Source: Bacillus subtilis subsp. subtilis str. 168 (GTDB lineage: Bacteria; Bacillota; Bacilli; Bacillales; Bacillaceae). Taken from it: DNA of 64,000 bases. Shown here one piece after another: positions 6,926-16,057 of this stretch (position 1 is the first letter of the stretch; every line of letters begins with the position of its first letter). The translations under genes and the position numbers were made by a program. The stretch covers positions 4,092,001 to 4,156,000 of the forward strand of contig NC_000964.3 of assembly GCF_000009045.1 (NCBI RefSeq), written 5' to 3'. The notes beneath the pieces are model-generated. The model saw only the letters and a list, made by a program, of their open reading frames with translations, made no database searches and was not told where the DNA came from.

Positions 6926-9169
6926 ATGTGCGGGCTCGCGGGTATTATAAATCTGGCTGCTCCCCGTTCTCAGGAATGTACCTTTCATATATTGAAAGGC
7001 ATGGCAGATGCCATCAGCTATAGGGGACCGGATGATGAACAATATCATATTGATTCCAAAGTCGGCTTTGCATTTCGGCGATTGTCCATTCTTGACCTTG
7101 TAAATGGACAGCAGCCCTTTTTAAATGAGGATGGATCAATCGTCGTTATGGTAAATGGAGAAATTTATAACTATAAAGAACTGAAGGCTTCTTTACACAA
7201 TCATATGTTTAAAACGACATCTGATTGTGAAGTAATTGTTCATTTATATGAAGAAAAAGGGATTGGATTTGTAGACGACATCATCGGAATGTTTTCAATA
7301 GCCATTTGGGACAAAAATAAAAACAAAGTATTTTTAGTTCGTGACCGCTTTGGGATTAAACCGCTTTTTTACACAGAGCTAAAACACGAGCTTATATTTG
7401 CCTCTGAAATAAAATCCCTATTTTCTCATCCTCACTGTCCCCGCCAATTTAATTGGAAAGAAGCACTCTCAGACATTTGGCTAAGCGGGGAAGCAGCCAG
7501 TAATCATAAAGAAACCACTTCCTTTTTTGTAAACATCCAAAATCTCGATGCTGGCCATTATCTCGAAATTAATTTGACAACAAATGAACGAAAAACAGCA
7601 AGCTATTGGTCTTTACAGGATATTTTGCTCAGGCAAGGCTATCGTGAGAATCTCCATCCCGATGACCTGATTGAAGGATATAGAGAACTGCTGGCAGATT
7701 CAGTCCATAGATGTTTACAAAGCGACGTTGAAGTCGGGTTGTTTCTTAGCGGTGGCATTGATTCAGCTGCAGTCGCACATTTTGCTGCAGAAAAACAGGA
7801 TCTCCATACGTTTACAGTATTAAGCCAAAGTACATTTACAAATGAAGATGCAAAATATGCCCATTGGCTGGCTAAAGATTTACACCTTCCAAATCATCAG
7901 GTTCTCTATCAATTAGGGAACGATGAGTTATTACAACCAGAGTCATATAAACATTTGTTATGGATCTGTGAAACACCGTTTTGCGGACCGGAACAATTAT
8001 ATAAGTTTCATTTACATAAGTATGCCAAAGCGATAAGGCCAAACCTGAAAGTCATGCTGACCGGCCAGGGCAGCGACGAATTTAACGGCGGTTACAGCAC
8101 GACACTTTCACCAGCCGAGAACCCAAGTTGGGAAGGATTTATTGAATCGGTCAATACGATGGAGATGAACCGGCTGCATCGGCTGCAGGGAAATATCTTT
8201 AGAGTGTGGGAGGAGCATTTTGGACTTTCTCCTATAAACCTTTCTTATTTAAAGAGCAATGATTCCAGCCAAGCAGATCCTTGGCAATCGTATGTCCTGA
8301 CAAAATACCGTGATCTGCAAATGTATAATTGCTGGCATGAAGATCGGATCGCCGCGGCTAATCATATCGAAAACCGTGTACCGTTCTTGGACCATCGGCT
8401 TGTTGAATGGGTTTGCGGAATACCTGATGGACTCCGTAAAGACTTGTTATGGGATAAGTCGGTATTGCGAAAATCATTAACAAATGAGCTGCATACAAGC
8501 TATACCCACCGGCCAAAGGTTCCTTTTTTCTATGGTAAGGACGTGAGATATACACATAAAATGATGTTTCATCTTCTGAAGAAAAACAATTATCAGCTTA
8601 TAGAGGAGGCCTTCTCTCACAGCGATGCCTCCAGCATAATACAGGTTGAACACATTCATGCCATCATGACATATTTGGAGGATGATCCTGAGTTTACAAA
8701 TTTTGAATTTTTATTAAGACTGGTGAACATGGGACTTTTATCAAAAATGACTAAAGAAACCCCTTCTGTTCAATTAGACATAACCAGCCATTTAGAATCG
8801 ATAACAATAAAAGACTGGCACTCACAGGAAGGTGATATTGCCAGTCGTTTAAATATCTCAGCCAATAAGTGTGAAGGACAAGATATTTTGGCGCTAAACC
8901 CTGGCGTCACTCTGTTAAGGCCGGAAAGCGATAGTGAGCATTGCATCTACATTGCGGAAGAAGGATTTATTCAGTTTATTGTTTCGGAGGAAGACGTCGG
9001 AGCTTGGCTGCATATTCTCTGCGATATTAATGGAAAAGACACACTTCATACGATTTTAGACAGACATGGTGTCAGCCTTGAAGAAGTGGCCAAATATATT
9101 CAAGAAGCCATCGAACACAATATCATTTTGATCAAACAAAAAAATCTGCCAGAAGGAGCATATAGATGA
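6926..9169 (+). CDS. asnH: Glutamine-hydrolysing asparagine synthetase-like amidotransferase with C-terminal extension
   Basis: N-terminal MCGLAG (Ntn Cys), RGPDD, PP-loop LSGGIDS, TGQGSDE; GGGAGG SD. Confidence 0.93.
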   Translation: MCGLAGIINLAAPRSQECTFHILKGMADAISYRGPDDEQYHIDSKVGFAFRRLSILDLVNGQQPFLNEDGSIVVMVNGEIYNYKELKASLHNHMFKTTSDCEVIVHLYEEKGIGFVDDIIGMFSIAIWDKNKNKVFLVRDRFGIKPLFYTELKHELIFASEIKSLFSHPHCPRQFNWKEALSDIWLSGEAASNHKETTSFFVNIQNLDAGHYLEINLTTNERKTASYWSLQDILLRQGYRENLHPDDLIEGYRELLADSVHRCLQSDVEVGLFLSGGIDSAAVAHFAAEKQDLHTFTVLSQSTFTNEDAKYAHWLAKDLHLPNHQVLYQLGNDELLQPESYKHLLWICETPFCGPEQLYKFHLHKYAKAIRPNLKVMLTGQGSDEFNGGYSTTLSPAENPSWEGFIESVNTMEMNRLHRLQGNIFRVWEEHFGLSPINLSYLKSNDSSQADPWQSYVLTKYRDLQMYNCWHEDRIAAANHIENRVPFLDHRLVEWVCGIPDGLRKDLLWDKSVLRKSLTNELHTSYTHRPKVPFFYGKDVRYTHKMMFHLLKKNNYQLIEEAFSHSDASSIIQVEHIHAIMTYLEDDPEFTNFEFLLRLVNMGLLSKMTKETPSVQLDITSHLESITIKDWHSQEGDIASRLNISANKCEGQDILALNPGVTLLRPESDSEHCIYIAEEGFIQFIVSEEDVGAWLHILCDINGKDTLHTILDRHGVSLEEVAKYIQEAIEHNIILIKQKNLPEGAYR

Positions 9170-10365
9170 GCATCTTTTATTCGTTTTCCGCACTTAGGGG
9201 ATTAGCAATGGGGATTTTTTCGCCTATTTGGATTCTTTATCTGATATCTAAAGATTATGATTTCCTTCAGATTGGATTAATGGGAGCGGTACTTGAAATT
9301 GCTAAGCTTATATTTGAAGTTCCTTCCGGCGTTTTTGCTGATCGTTATGGAATTAAAATTTCAATTGCCAGTTCATTCTTTTTCTCCATCCTTACATGGG
9401 CCTTCTTCCCTTTTATCGATTCAGCTGCTATTTGCATACTGGCTATGATCATATGGGCTTTATCAGATTCCTTAATTTCCGGTTCTTTTGAAACTTGGAT
9501 GAGCCGTGTCGCAGGGGAAGATCGATTCGGCAAAGAAATGATGAAAAACACACAATTGCTAATCACTTTTTTAATTATTGGAAGTATTGCCAGCGGGTAT
9601 TTGTATTCATTAAATATCTATTTTCCTTTCCTGCTCGTTATGGTGATCTACTTATTACTATTTATTTGGATGTCTGTATTTATTAAAGTCCCTTCTGTTT
9701 CCGAAACAAATCATGGGGATCAGAACCAACATGATTCGATAAAGATTATCAAAGAAAGTTTAAAAATTATCTTTAACAAAAAAAGGGTTCTTTTAATCGT
9801 CATAGCCGGTTTCTTTACAGCCACAGCCTATGACACAATTTCCCGTTACTGGCAGCCTTTTTTGAGTGATTTAGGCTTTTCAGAAAAGTCACTGGGATAT
9901 ATTTTTGCCCTAGGAGGGTTTACCGCTCTCGTTCTTTTGACATTAACCATCAGGTTCGAAAAGAAGATCGAAAAAAATCCATATCTCGCTTTAACCTCAT
10001 TGGATTCCATGGGCATGGTCATGACTTTTCTATTGTCTAGAGCATTCAGGCCGCTGGGCATTCCATGTACAGCGTTTTTGCTTGCAATTGAAGATATTCA
10101 TCATCCGATCGTAACAAGTTACTTAAATAAGTTTTTCCCCGATTCATACAAGAACACACTTTTCTCGTTAAACTCAGGGGTAGGAGCAATTGGAGAAATT
10201 CTTTCCGGTGTCATTTTCGGCATCATTTCCGCAGCCTTTGGGCTCTCTGCCATGTTTGTTGTTGTAGCTGTATTTCTATTAATCCCTATTATCCTTTATA
10301 CGATAGTGCCTAAGATTAAAGACAATGATATGAAAGTTCAGATTGAAAAATCCCAGCAAGTGTAA
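9166..10365 (+). CDS. yxaM: MFS efflux transporter
   Basis: Many hydrophobic segments; MFS motif A-like GVFADRYGIK; overlaps the asnH stop (ATGA). Confidence 0.88.
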   Translation: MSIFYSFSALRGLAMGIFSPIWILYLISKDYDFLQIGLMGAVLEIAKLIFEVPSGVFADRYGIKISIASSFFFSILTWAFFPFIDSAAICILAMIIWALSDSLISGSFETWMSRVAGEDRFGKEMMKNTQLLITFLIIGSIASGYLYSLNIYFPFLLVMVIYLLLFIWMSVFIKVPSVSETNHGDQNQHDSIKIIKESLKIIFNKKRVLLIVIAGFFTATAYDTISRYWQPFLSDLGFSEKSLGYIFALGGFTALVLLTLTIRFEKKIEKNPYLALTSLDSMGMVMTFLLSRAFRPLGIPCTAFLLAIEDIHHPIVTSYLNKFFPDSYKNTLFSLNSGVGAIGEILSGVIFGIISAAFGLSAMFVVVAVFLLIPIILYTIVPKIKDNDMKVQIEKSQQV

Positions 10366-10383
10366 ATGTTTTGTATCACAGTA

Positions 10384-10414
10384 AGAAGACCTTCTTATTA
10401 AAAGAAGGTCTTCT
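10384..10414. terminator. Bidirectional terminator yxaM/yxaL
   Basis: Perfect 13-bp stem AGAAGACCTTCTT/AAGAAGGTCTTCT. Confidence 0.8.
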
Positions 10415-10428
10415 GCTATTCTATTCAG

Positions 10429-11661
10429 TTATTTCCCAAAAGCCATCAGCTTCGTATAACTTCCAATATAAAGTGTTCCGTCCTCAGCGAGCTGAGGAGA
10501 AGACACGACGTTGCTGTCGGTTTGATAGCTCCATAATTCATTGCCGTTTGCGTCTGCCGCATAAACCTTCATATCATCTGACCCGAAATAAACCGTTCCC
10601 TTCGCGTCAATCAGCGGCGCCGTTCTGACAGGGCCGTCTGTGTAGAATGACCAGTTCATATCCCCGTTTTTGCTGATGGAAAACAGCTCGCCGCTTCCTG
10701 AGCCGATGTAGATATTGCCATTATGATCAATCGCAGGAGATGAGCTGGAGAACCCGTTTAGCGGGAATGTCCATTTCAAACTGCCTGTTGATGTATAAGC
10801 ATACAGCTGTCCATCTTGGTTGCCGGCATAAATGTTTCCGTCCTTATCAATCACCGGATATCCTTTAAACGCATTTGACGTCGTTCTGGACCATTTCACC
10901 TGTCCGGTTCCGGAGTTGATCGCATAAAACACGTAATTATATGTGCCGACATACACGGTGCCGTTTTTGGCAAGCACCGGCACAGAGCTGACGACCCCAT
11001 TTGTTTTCAACTTCCAGCGCTCTGTCCAGGTTGATTTTGACGTCGGTTTGATCGCGTGAACATAATTATCAAGTGTTGAGAAATACAACGTCCCGTCTGA
11101 ACCGATCACCGTTTCAGAGCTTGGCCCGCCGCTTAACGGAACCGTTGTTAAAATTTCTCCCGTTTCTTTGTCAATAAAATAAATCTTTTTGTCATAGGAT
11201 GCCAAATAGATAACGCCGTTGGTCCCAAGTACAGGAGATTGCGTATATGTTTTTCCAAGATTGCCCGTCACCCATTTGACTGAGCCGTCTGGATTAAAGG
11301 CTTTCATTTCCCCGTCTCTGGAATGAAGATATACTGTGCCGTCTCCGTCAATCACAGCCCCCGCTCCATTTTGCGGAGTCGTTCTGATGTCGTTTTGCCA
11401 TTTCAGCGTCCCGTCTGTATTTCCGGCGAACCGGCTTTCGCGTGACCAGTTAAACATGGCAGGCGCCATCGCTTGTACATCATATCTTCCTGGCAAAAAG
11501 CCAGATGCTCCATTATTTTGAGAAAACACCGTTTCCGCCGCATAAGCAGCTGTCGGCTGAAGCACTTTGGCAGCGGGCACATCAGAAACAGCGCCGGCCG
11601 AAACAGCCGCCGCCACCGCAGCTCCCGCAATCAAAGCTTTCATACGAAATGACTTGACCAT
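10429..11661 (-). CDS. yxaL: Secreted PQQ-like/BamB-type beta-propeller protein
   Basis: Ala-rich signal peptide; repeated 'G.lkW.f......ssP.i..dGtiY.gs.d..lyA' blades. Confidence 0.88.
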   Translation of the reverse strand: MVKSFRMKALIAGAAVAAAVSAGAVSDVPAAKVLQPTAAYAAETVFSQNNGASGFLPGRYDVQAMAPAMFNWSRESRFAGNTDGTLKWQNDIRTTPQNGAGAVIDGDGTVYLHSRDGEMKAFNPDGSVKWVTGNLGKTYTQSPVLGTNGVIYLASYDKKIYFIDKETGEILTTVPLSGGPSSETVIGSDGTLYFSTLDNYVHAIKPTSKSTWTERWKLKTNGVVSSVPVLAKNGTVYVGTYNYVFYAINSGTGQVKWSRTTSNAFKGYPVIDKDGNIYAGNQDGQLYAYTSTGSLKWTFPLNGFSSSSPAIDHNGNIYIGSGSGELFSISKNGDMNWSFYTDGPVRTAPLIDAKGTVYFGSDDMKVYAADANGNELWSYQTDSNVVSSPQLAEDGTLYIGSYTKLMAFGK

Positions 11662-11761
11662 CATTGAGACCCCCATTATATGTAACTTCTAATTTGTGAC
11701 CATCATAACATATTCATCCATTTTATAAATCTATTTCACAAAAACATCACAAACTAGAAAA

Positions 11762-12187
11762 CTATGTAAGAGTATTCACGGACGTTTTTTCAGCACCCGA
11801 TCGAAATGCAGCCACAAACCAAATGACGTTGACAGCAGCCGCAGCGAGACTAACTCCCAAAACAAAGATCACCTCAGAAAGCAGATGGTCACTAAAGAAA
11901 CTAAACATCAAGATAAAACCGGCCGAAGACAAATGAATCAAAAGCCCGAAGCCGCAAAGCACCGCCATGACATACCTCATTGCATCGACTCCGAGCATAT
12001 AAACGAGAAATGGAATGAAATACAAGACAAGGATCATACCGACAGCTGACCACATGCCAGCTGAATTAAACTGATTGGCCGCCGCTCCCGTTCCGGCCAG
12101 CGGCGAAAGTGAAGCCGCCACAATCACGGCGCAAAAAAGAAACGCAGAAATGGTTGTCATGATCGCCACGCTATTTTTTTTTGACAT
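11762..12187 (-). CDS. yxaJ: Integral membrane protein, four predicted TM segments
   Basis: Hydrophobic ORF with AAGGAGGAG SD. Confidence 0.82.
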   Translation of the reverse strand: MSKKNSVAIMTTISAFLFCAVIVAASLSPLAGTGAAANQFNSAGMWSAVGMILVLYFIPFLVYMLGVDAMRYVMAVLCGFGLLIHLSSAGFILMFSFFSDHLLSEVIFVLGVSLAAAAVNVIWFVAAFRSGAEKTSVNTLT

Positions 12188-12443
12188 CAAACTCCTCCTT
12201 TAATAGAAATATTAACCTTTTTTATTATAAGTAAGTTGAATGTTATATTCATTATATTTTTAAAAAATTCCAGAATACATACACAAATGCTATGCTTCTT
12301 TCTAGTATATTTATATAGTAAAAAACAAAGGATAAAAGACTCATTTTTCTGTAATATCAGGATTTTATCACCATACCATATTGCATGTACATGTTTTTCA
12401 AAGTATACTATTCCAGATTAATTCAGAGGAGAGAGAAAAATAC

Positions 12444-12899
12444 ATGGAAAAACCAGCAGGATTTTGGATTCGTTTTTTAGCTTATTTTATTGACGGCATT
12501 ATTGTATCTGTTCCTAGTTATATTATTCTATTTATTATCAATTCTGTGTTTGTAGCTGGGGCTGTGGCAACAAACCCTTACATGACGGAAGAAGAGTATT
12601 TAGTGAAATACATGACGCTTGCATTTTTGCCTACTATGCTGATCATGATCGTCATCAGCGTGTTATATTACGGGCTGCTCACAGCTTCTAAAATGCAAGG
12701 CACACTTGGCAAAAAAATTCTTGGCCTGAAAGTGGTCAATGAACAAGGTGAACGGGTTTCTGTCGGACAGGGAATTGGCCGTTACTTTGCCTATATCTTA
12801 TCTGGAATCATCTTTTATATCGGGTTTATCATGATCGCCTTTGGAGAGAAAAAAGGCCTGCATGACATCATTTGCAAAACACGTGTCGTGTATAAATAA
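12444..12899 (+). CDS. yxaI: RDD-family membrane protein
   Basis: AGFWIRFLAYFIDG, GTLGKKILGLKVV, GLHDIICKTRVV. Confidence 0.88.
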   Translation: MEKPAGFWIRFLAYFIDGIIVSVPSYIILFIINSVFVAGAVATNPYMTEEEYLVKYMTLAFLPTMLIMIVISVLYYGLLTASKMQGTLGKKILGLKVVNEQGERVSVGQGIGRYFAYILSGIIFYIGFIMIAFGEKKGLHDIICKTRVVYK

Positions 12900-12928
12900 T
12901 AGAAAAAAGTCTAGACGCCAATAGGCAT

Positions 12929-14137
12929 CTAGACTTTTGTTTTCTTTGCAATAGGCTGCCACGACAGATACGTAGCGCTTCTCCACAACCACTCAAACGG
13001 CCCCATCCGAAAGACACGAAGCCAAAGGTGGCTGAAGACCATTTGAACGGCACAAACAGCAATTGTAATGAGCACACCGGCAGCAGGGTACACTTTTCCA
13101 TACAGGCCCAAGCCGTAATGATAAAAAATCCAAGTACACACAATAGACTGCATCAAATAATTGGTAAATGCCATCCTCCCAACAGCGGAGAATGATTGCA
13201 GCACTGTTCTCACTCTTGTTTTATGATAAAGATAGACAACCGTTGTAACATAGAAAAACATGAGGAAAGGCGCGCCAATCAGCAAACATATTTCTTTATC
13301 CGTTACACTGTACAGCACCTGGGCGCCGATGCCGATGACAAGCCCAGCCATCCATAATCGTTTTAATCCTTTGCGATGCTTTTCCGGTTCATGCAAATAC
13401 CGTGATTTTGCTGCCGCAGCTCCCAGCAAAAACATGCTGAAATATGGAATGGATGCAAAGAAGTAGTTGAGCGGATTATACGTAAGCATGCCATTCGAAG
13501 ACATGTAAACAAGACGGTCGTGGATCCGCTGTTCTGCAATATCCTTCAGGCTGCCGCTTCCATAAACATGAATCGCTTGTTTTGCCTGCTGTGTTACCGC
13601 TTGTACCCATTCCTGTCCGTTTGATTGATCAAAACTTGTCAACATGAACGGAATGGAAAACAGAAGATACAAAGAGACCGCCCATATCAGCAGTGTTTTC
13701 GGCTTTGCTTTTCGAAACAAGAGCAGGACAAATCCGAGCAGGGCATATTCTGTTAAAATATCCCCGTCCCATATCAAAAAGGCATGAATCGTTCCAAACA
13801 AGAGAAGCGCCATTAACCTTCTCACATATAACGGAACAAACCGTTTCCCTTTGTTTTCTGCTCTCTCCATCATGACAACCATGCCAAATCCAAATAAAAA
13901 GGAAAACAATAAAATACATTTTGTTTGAATGAAGAATTTCAGTATGTCTGCGGCGGCAAAATCAGCTTCAGACCACTTATCCATGAAAAAATTCTCTTTT
14001 CCAAGCATAGACAAATACATATCCGGATAACTGAAATGTGCCAGATTGACAAATAAGATGCCGAAAATCGCCATTCCTCTCAGCACATCAAGCACACCGA
14101 TCCGCTCATTTGTTAAAGTCGGCTGTAATGAAGACAT
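12929..14137 (-). CDS. yxaH: DUF418-like polytopic membrane protein
   Basis: RIGVLDVLRGMAIFGIL, GRMAFTNYLMQS, GPFEWLWR. Confidence 0.85.
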   Translation of the reverse strand: MSSLQPTLTNERIGVLDVLRGMAIFGILFVNLAHFSYPDMYLSMLGKENFFMDKWSEADFAAADILKFFIQTKCILLFSFLFGFGMVVMMERAENKGKRFVPLYVRRLMALLLFGTIHAFLIWDGDILTEYALLGFVLLLFRKAKPKTLLIWAVSLYLLFSIPFMLTSFDQSNGQEWVQAVTQQAKQAIHVYGSGSLKDIAEQRIHDRLVYMSSNGMLTYNPLNYFFASIPYFSMFLLGAAAAKSRYLHEPEKHRKGLKRLWMAGLVIGIGAQVLYSVTDKEICLLIGAPFLMFFYVTTVVYLYHKTRVRTVLQSFSAVGRMAFTNYLMQSIVCTWIFYHYGLGLYGKVYPAAGVLITIAVCAVQMVFSHLWLRVFRMGPFEWLWRSATYLSWQPIAKKTKV

Positions 14138-14244
14138 AGCCATCACGCTCCTTTTTTCTGTACCTTAAGGGTAGGAAAAAATGAAGCGCGGTAACATCGA
14201 TTTAGGTGTCAGGCCGGCATGAAAACCTTACAATCTTGTCATCT

Positions 14245-15258
14245 TTATGGTTTCATCACCTTTAAATCTAATGCTTCGATATTCTGCAAAATGCGATCAA
14301 AGCGCAAAGCCTGAGGCTCACATGGGAAGATGTGGCCTTCATACGGGTCGCCTAACGTCCGGAAAAACGGTTCAAATAAACCAGGAACCAATACGCCCAC
14401 CATCTTTGTATAGTGAGAATCAAGGCGATAGGAGTGAACGGTATTTGCAGGGACATGCAGGAAATCTCCCGGATTCAGCTGAATTTCCTGGCCATCTGTC
14501 CACATCGTCATCTGGCCTTCAAGGCAATAAAATGTTTCTGTATGATATTCATGGTAGTGATCAACGATTCGGTCACCTTTAGGGCCTTCAGATGATACGA
14601 CGATAAACTGGCCATCTGTATTTTTTTGTGCAGCCACAATGCGGTGAAGCTGATCTCCAGTCAACAGACGATCTCCTTCTCCAGATTCAAGAACGTATGG
14701 AACCGCTCCATCTGGCAGCTCTGTAAGTTCCGCTAATTTGGCCGAACATGCAGGCTTTGCTTCATCTAGAAATACAATGTCCGCTACAGCGGCTGCTTCT
14801 GCAAATCGCTCGTTTGAGACTTCTTCGCTTGCGTACGGCGGATGTTCAGCGTGATCATACGGATTCCCAATAACGGAATACAAGTGCGCTACGTTTCCTT
14901 TCATCGTGTAAGACACCAGTCTTGTTCTGTGGCTCTGCATCCGGTAGCTGTGCGGTGTTCCCGCCGGAATGTTGGCATAATCACCTGATATTAATAAATA
15001 GCGTTCACCATCAAGTGTCAGTTCCAGTTTCCCGTCCAAAACGAGAATTCCTTCATGTGTGTCCTTGTGGACGTGAAGCGGAAAGGCATCTCCTTTTCCC
15101 CCGGAAAGAAGCACGATCTCAAACAAATCACCTGTGCTCCTCCCATTCGCCATCACCGTGGCAACCTGTCTGCCGAACAGATAGCGCTCGCCTTCTCCGC
15201 TCCGGAGCAAATAAGGCATTTTTTCTTTAGGCAATGAATGTGTACATAATGTTTTCAT
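14245..15258 (-). CDS. qdoI: Quercetin 2,3-dioxygenase (bicupin)
   Basis: Two cupin motifs, HVHKDTHE and HYHEYHTE. Confidence 0.92.
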   Translation of the reverse strand: MKTLCTHSLPKEKMPYLLRSGEGERYLFGRQVATVMANGRSTGDLFEIVLLSGGKGDAFPLHVHKDTHEGILVLDGKLELTLDGERYLLISGDYANIPAGTPHSYRMQSHRTRLVSYTMKGNVAHLYSVIGNPYDHAEHPPYASEEVSNERFAEAAAVADIVFLDEAKPACSAKLAELTELPDGAVPYVLESGEGDRLLTGDQLHRIVAAQKNTDGQFIVVSSEGPKGDRIVDHYHEYHTETFYCLEGQMTMWTDGQEIQLNPGDFLHVPANTVHSYRLDSHYTKMVGVLVPGLFEPFFRTLGDPYEGHIFPCEPQALRFDRILQNIEALDLKVMKP

Positions 15259-15277
15259 ATTATCGCTTCCTCCAATT

Positions 15278-15327
15278 TAGACCAGTCTATATATTATCAT
15301 TCATTTGTCTAGACCGTTCTATATAAT
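15278..15327 (-). promoter_or_regulatory. Two tandem QdoR/LmrA operator boxes upstream of qdoI
   Basis: AATATATAGACTGGTCTA (15278-15295) and ATTATATAGAACGGTCTA (15310-15327) on the minus strand. Confidence 0.75.
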
Positions 15328-15351
15328 TGTAGGAGAAAGGATAACAAAATG

Positions 15352-15927
15352 CTACCCTTTTTTTCTCACCAGCACTGGTATTTGTTCGGCAATGAGAAGA
15401 AGAGGCGTTTTGTCTTTATTCGTTAACGAAAGCATGATGCCGCCCTCAATCATCGAATTAATCAGCGTTCCAAGCTGATTTGCTTCTTCTTCTGCAAATC
15501 CGTTTTCCATTAATTTTCTGGCAAAAACCGCTTCCCAGCTTTTAAACACCTTCATGCAAACCGTCCGCAGCGGTTCACTGATTAACGCTGTCTCACTCGC
15601 CAGCAAACCGACTGGAATACCTTTAATGCTTTCTGTGTTGTCAAATTGGCTGGCTGTTTTTTTGATAAAAAGCTGAATCGCTTCAACAGGATCAGAGGAT
15701 TCATCCATGCTTTGCTGTATCAGATGTTCAACGATCTTACCTGTATATGTAACCGCTTCAATTGCTAGTTCTTCTTTGCCATTCGGAAAAAAGTGATAAA
15801 GCGATCCTTTTGGAGCACCGCTTTCTTTTACAATCTGGTTCAAACCTGTCGCGTGATATCCTTGCAGCTGGAACAGACGTGACGCCGTGTGAAGGATTTT
15901 TTCACGTGAATCTCCTCTGCTAGTCAT
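15352..15927 (-). CDS. qdoR: TetR-family flavonoid-responsive repressor
   Basis: TetR HTH (TGLNQIVKESGAPKGSLYHFFP); adjacent to qdoI. Confidence 0.9.
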   Translation of the reverse strand: MTSRGDSREKILHTASRLFQLQGYHATGLNQIVKESGAPKGSLYHFFPNGKEELAIEAVTYTGKIVEHLIQQSMDESSDPVEAIQLFIKKTASQFDNTESIKGIPVGLLASETALISEPLRTVCMKVFKSWEAVFARKLMENGFAEEEANQLGTLINSMIEGGIMLSLTNKDKTPLLLIAEQIPVLVRKKG

Positions 15928-15951
15928 TAAAACATTCCCTCCTAGGTATGG

Positions 15952-15969
15952 TAGAGCGACTTATATAAT
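15952..15969 (-). promoter_or_regulatory. QdoR/LmrA box upstream of qdoR
   Basis: ATTATATAAGTCGCTCTA, similar to the two boxes at 15278-15327. Confidence 0.65.
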
Positions 15970-16057
15970 ATAAAAAAGAACCCTGTGATTGTCAAAAGGG
16001 GTAAGACCCTTCCGGATGGGGTAATGTACAAAAACAGCGTCTAGGAGGGATCTCTCA

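Noticed and set aside
5049-9169. Canonical lasso peptide cluster
   Set aside because: No Thr at -2, no Asp/Glu ring acceptor in a plausible core, no B2 peptidase, and AsnH keeps its glutaminase Cys.
15897-15912. parS-like TTTTTCACGTGAATCT in qdoR
   Set aside because: Three mismatches to the consensus; likely chance.
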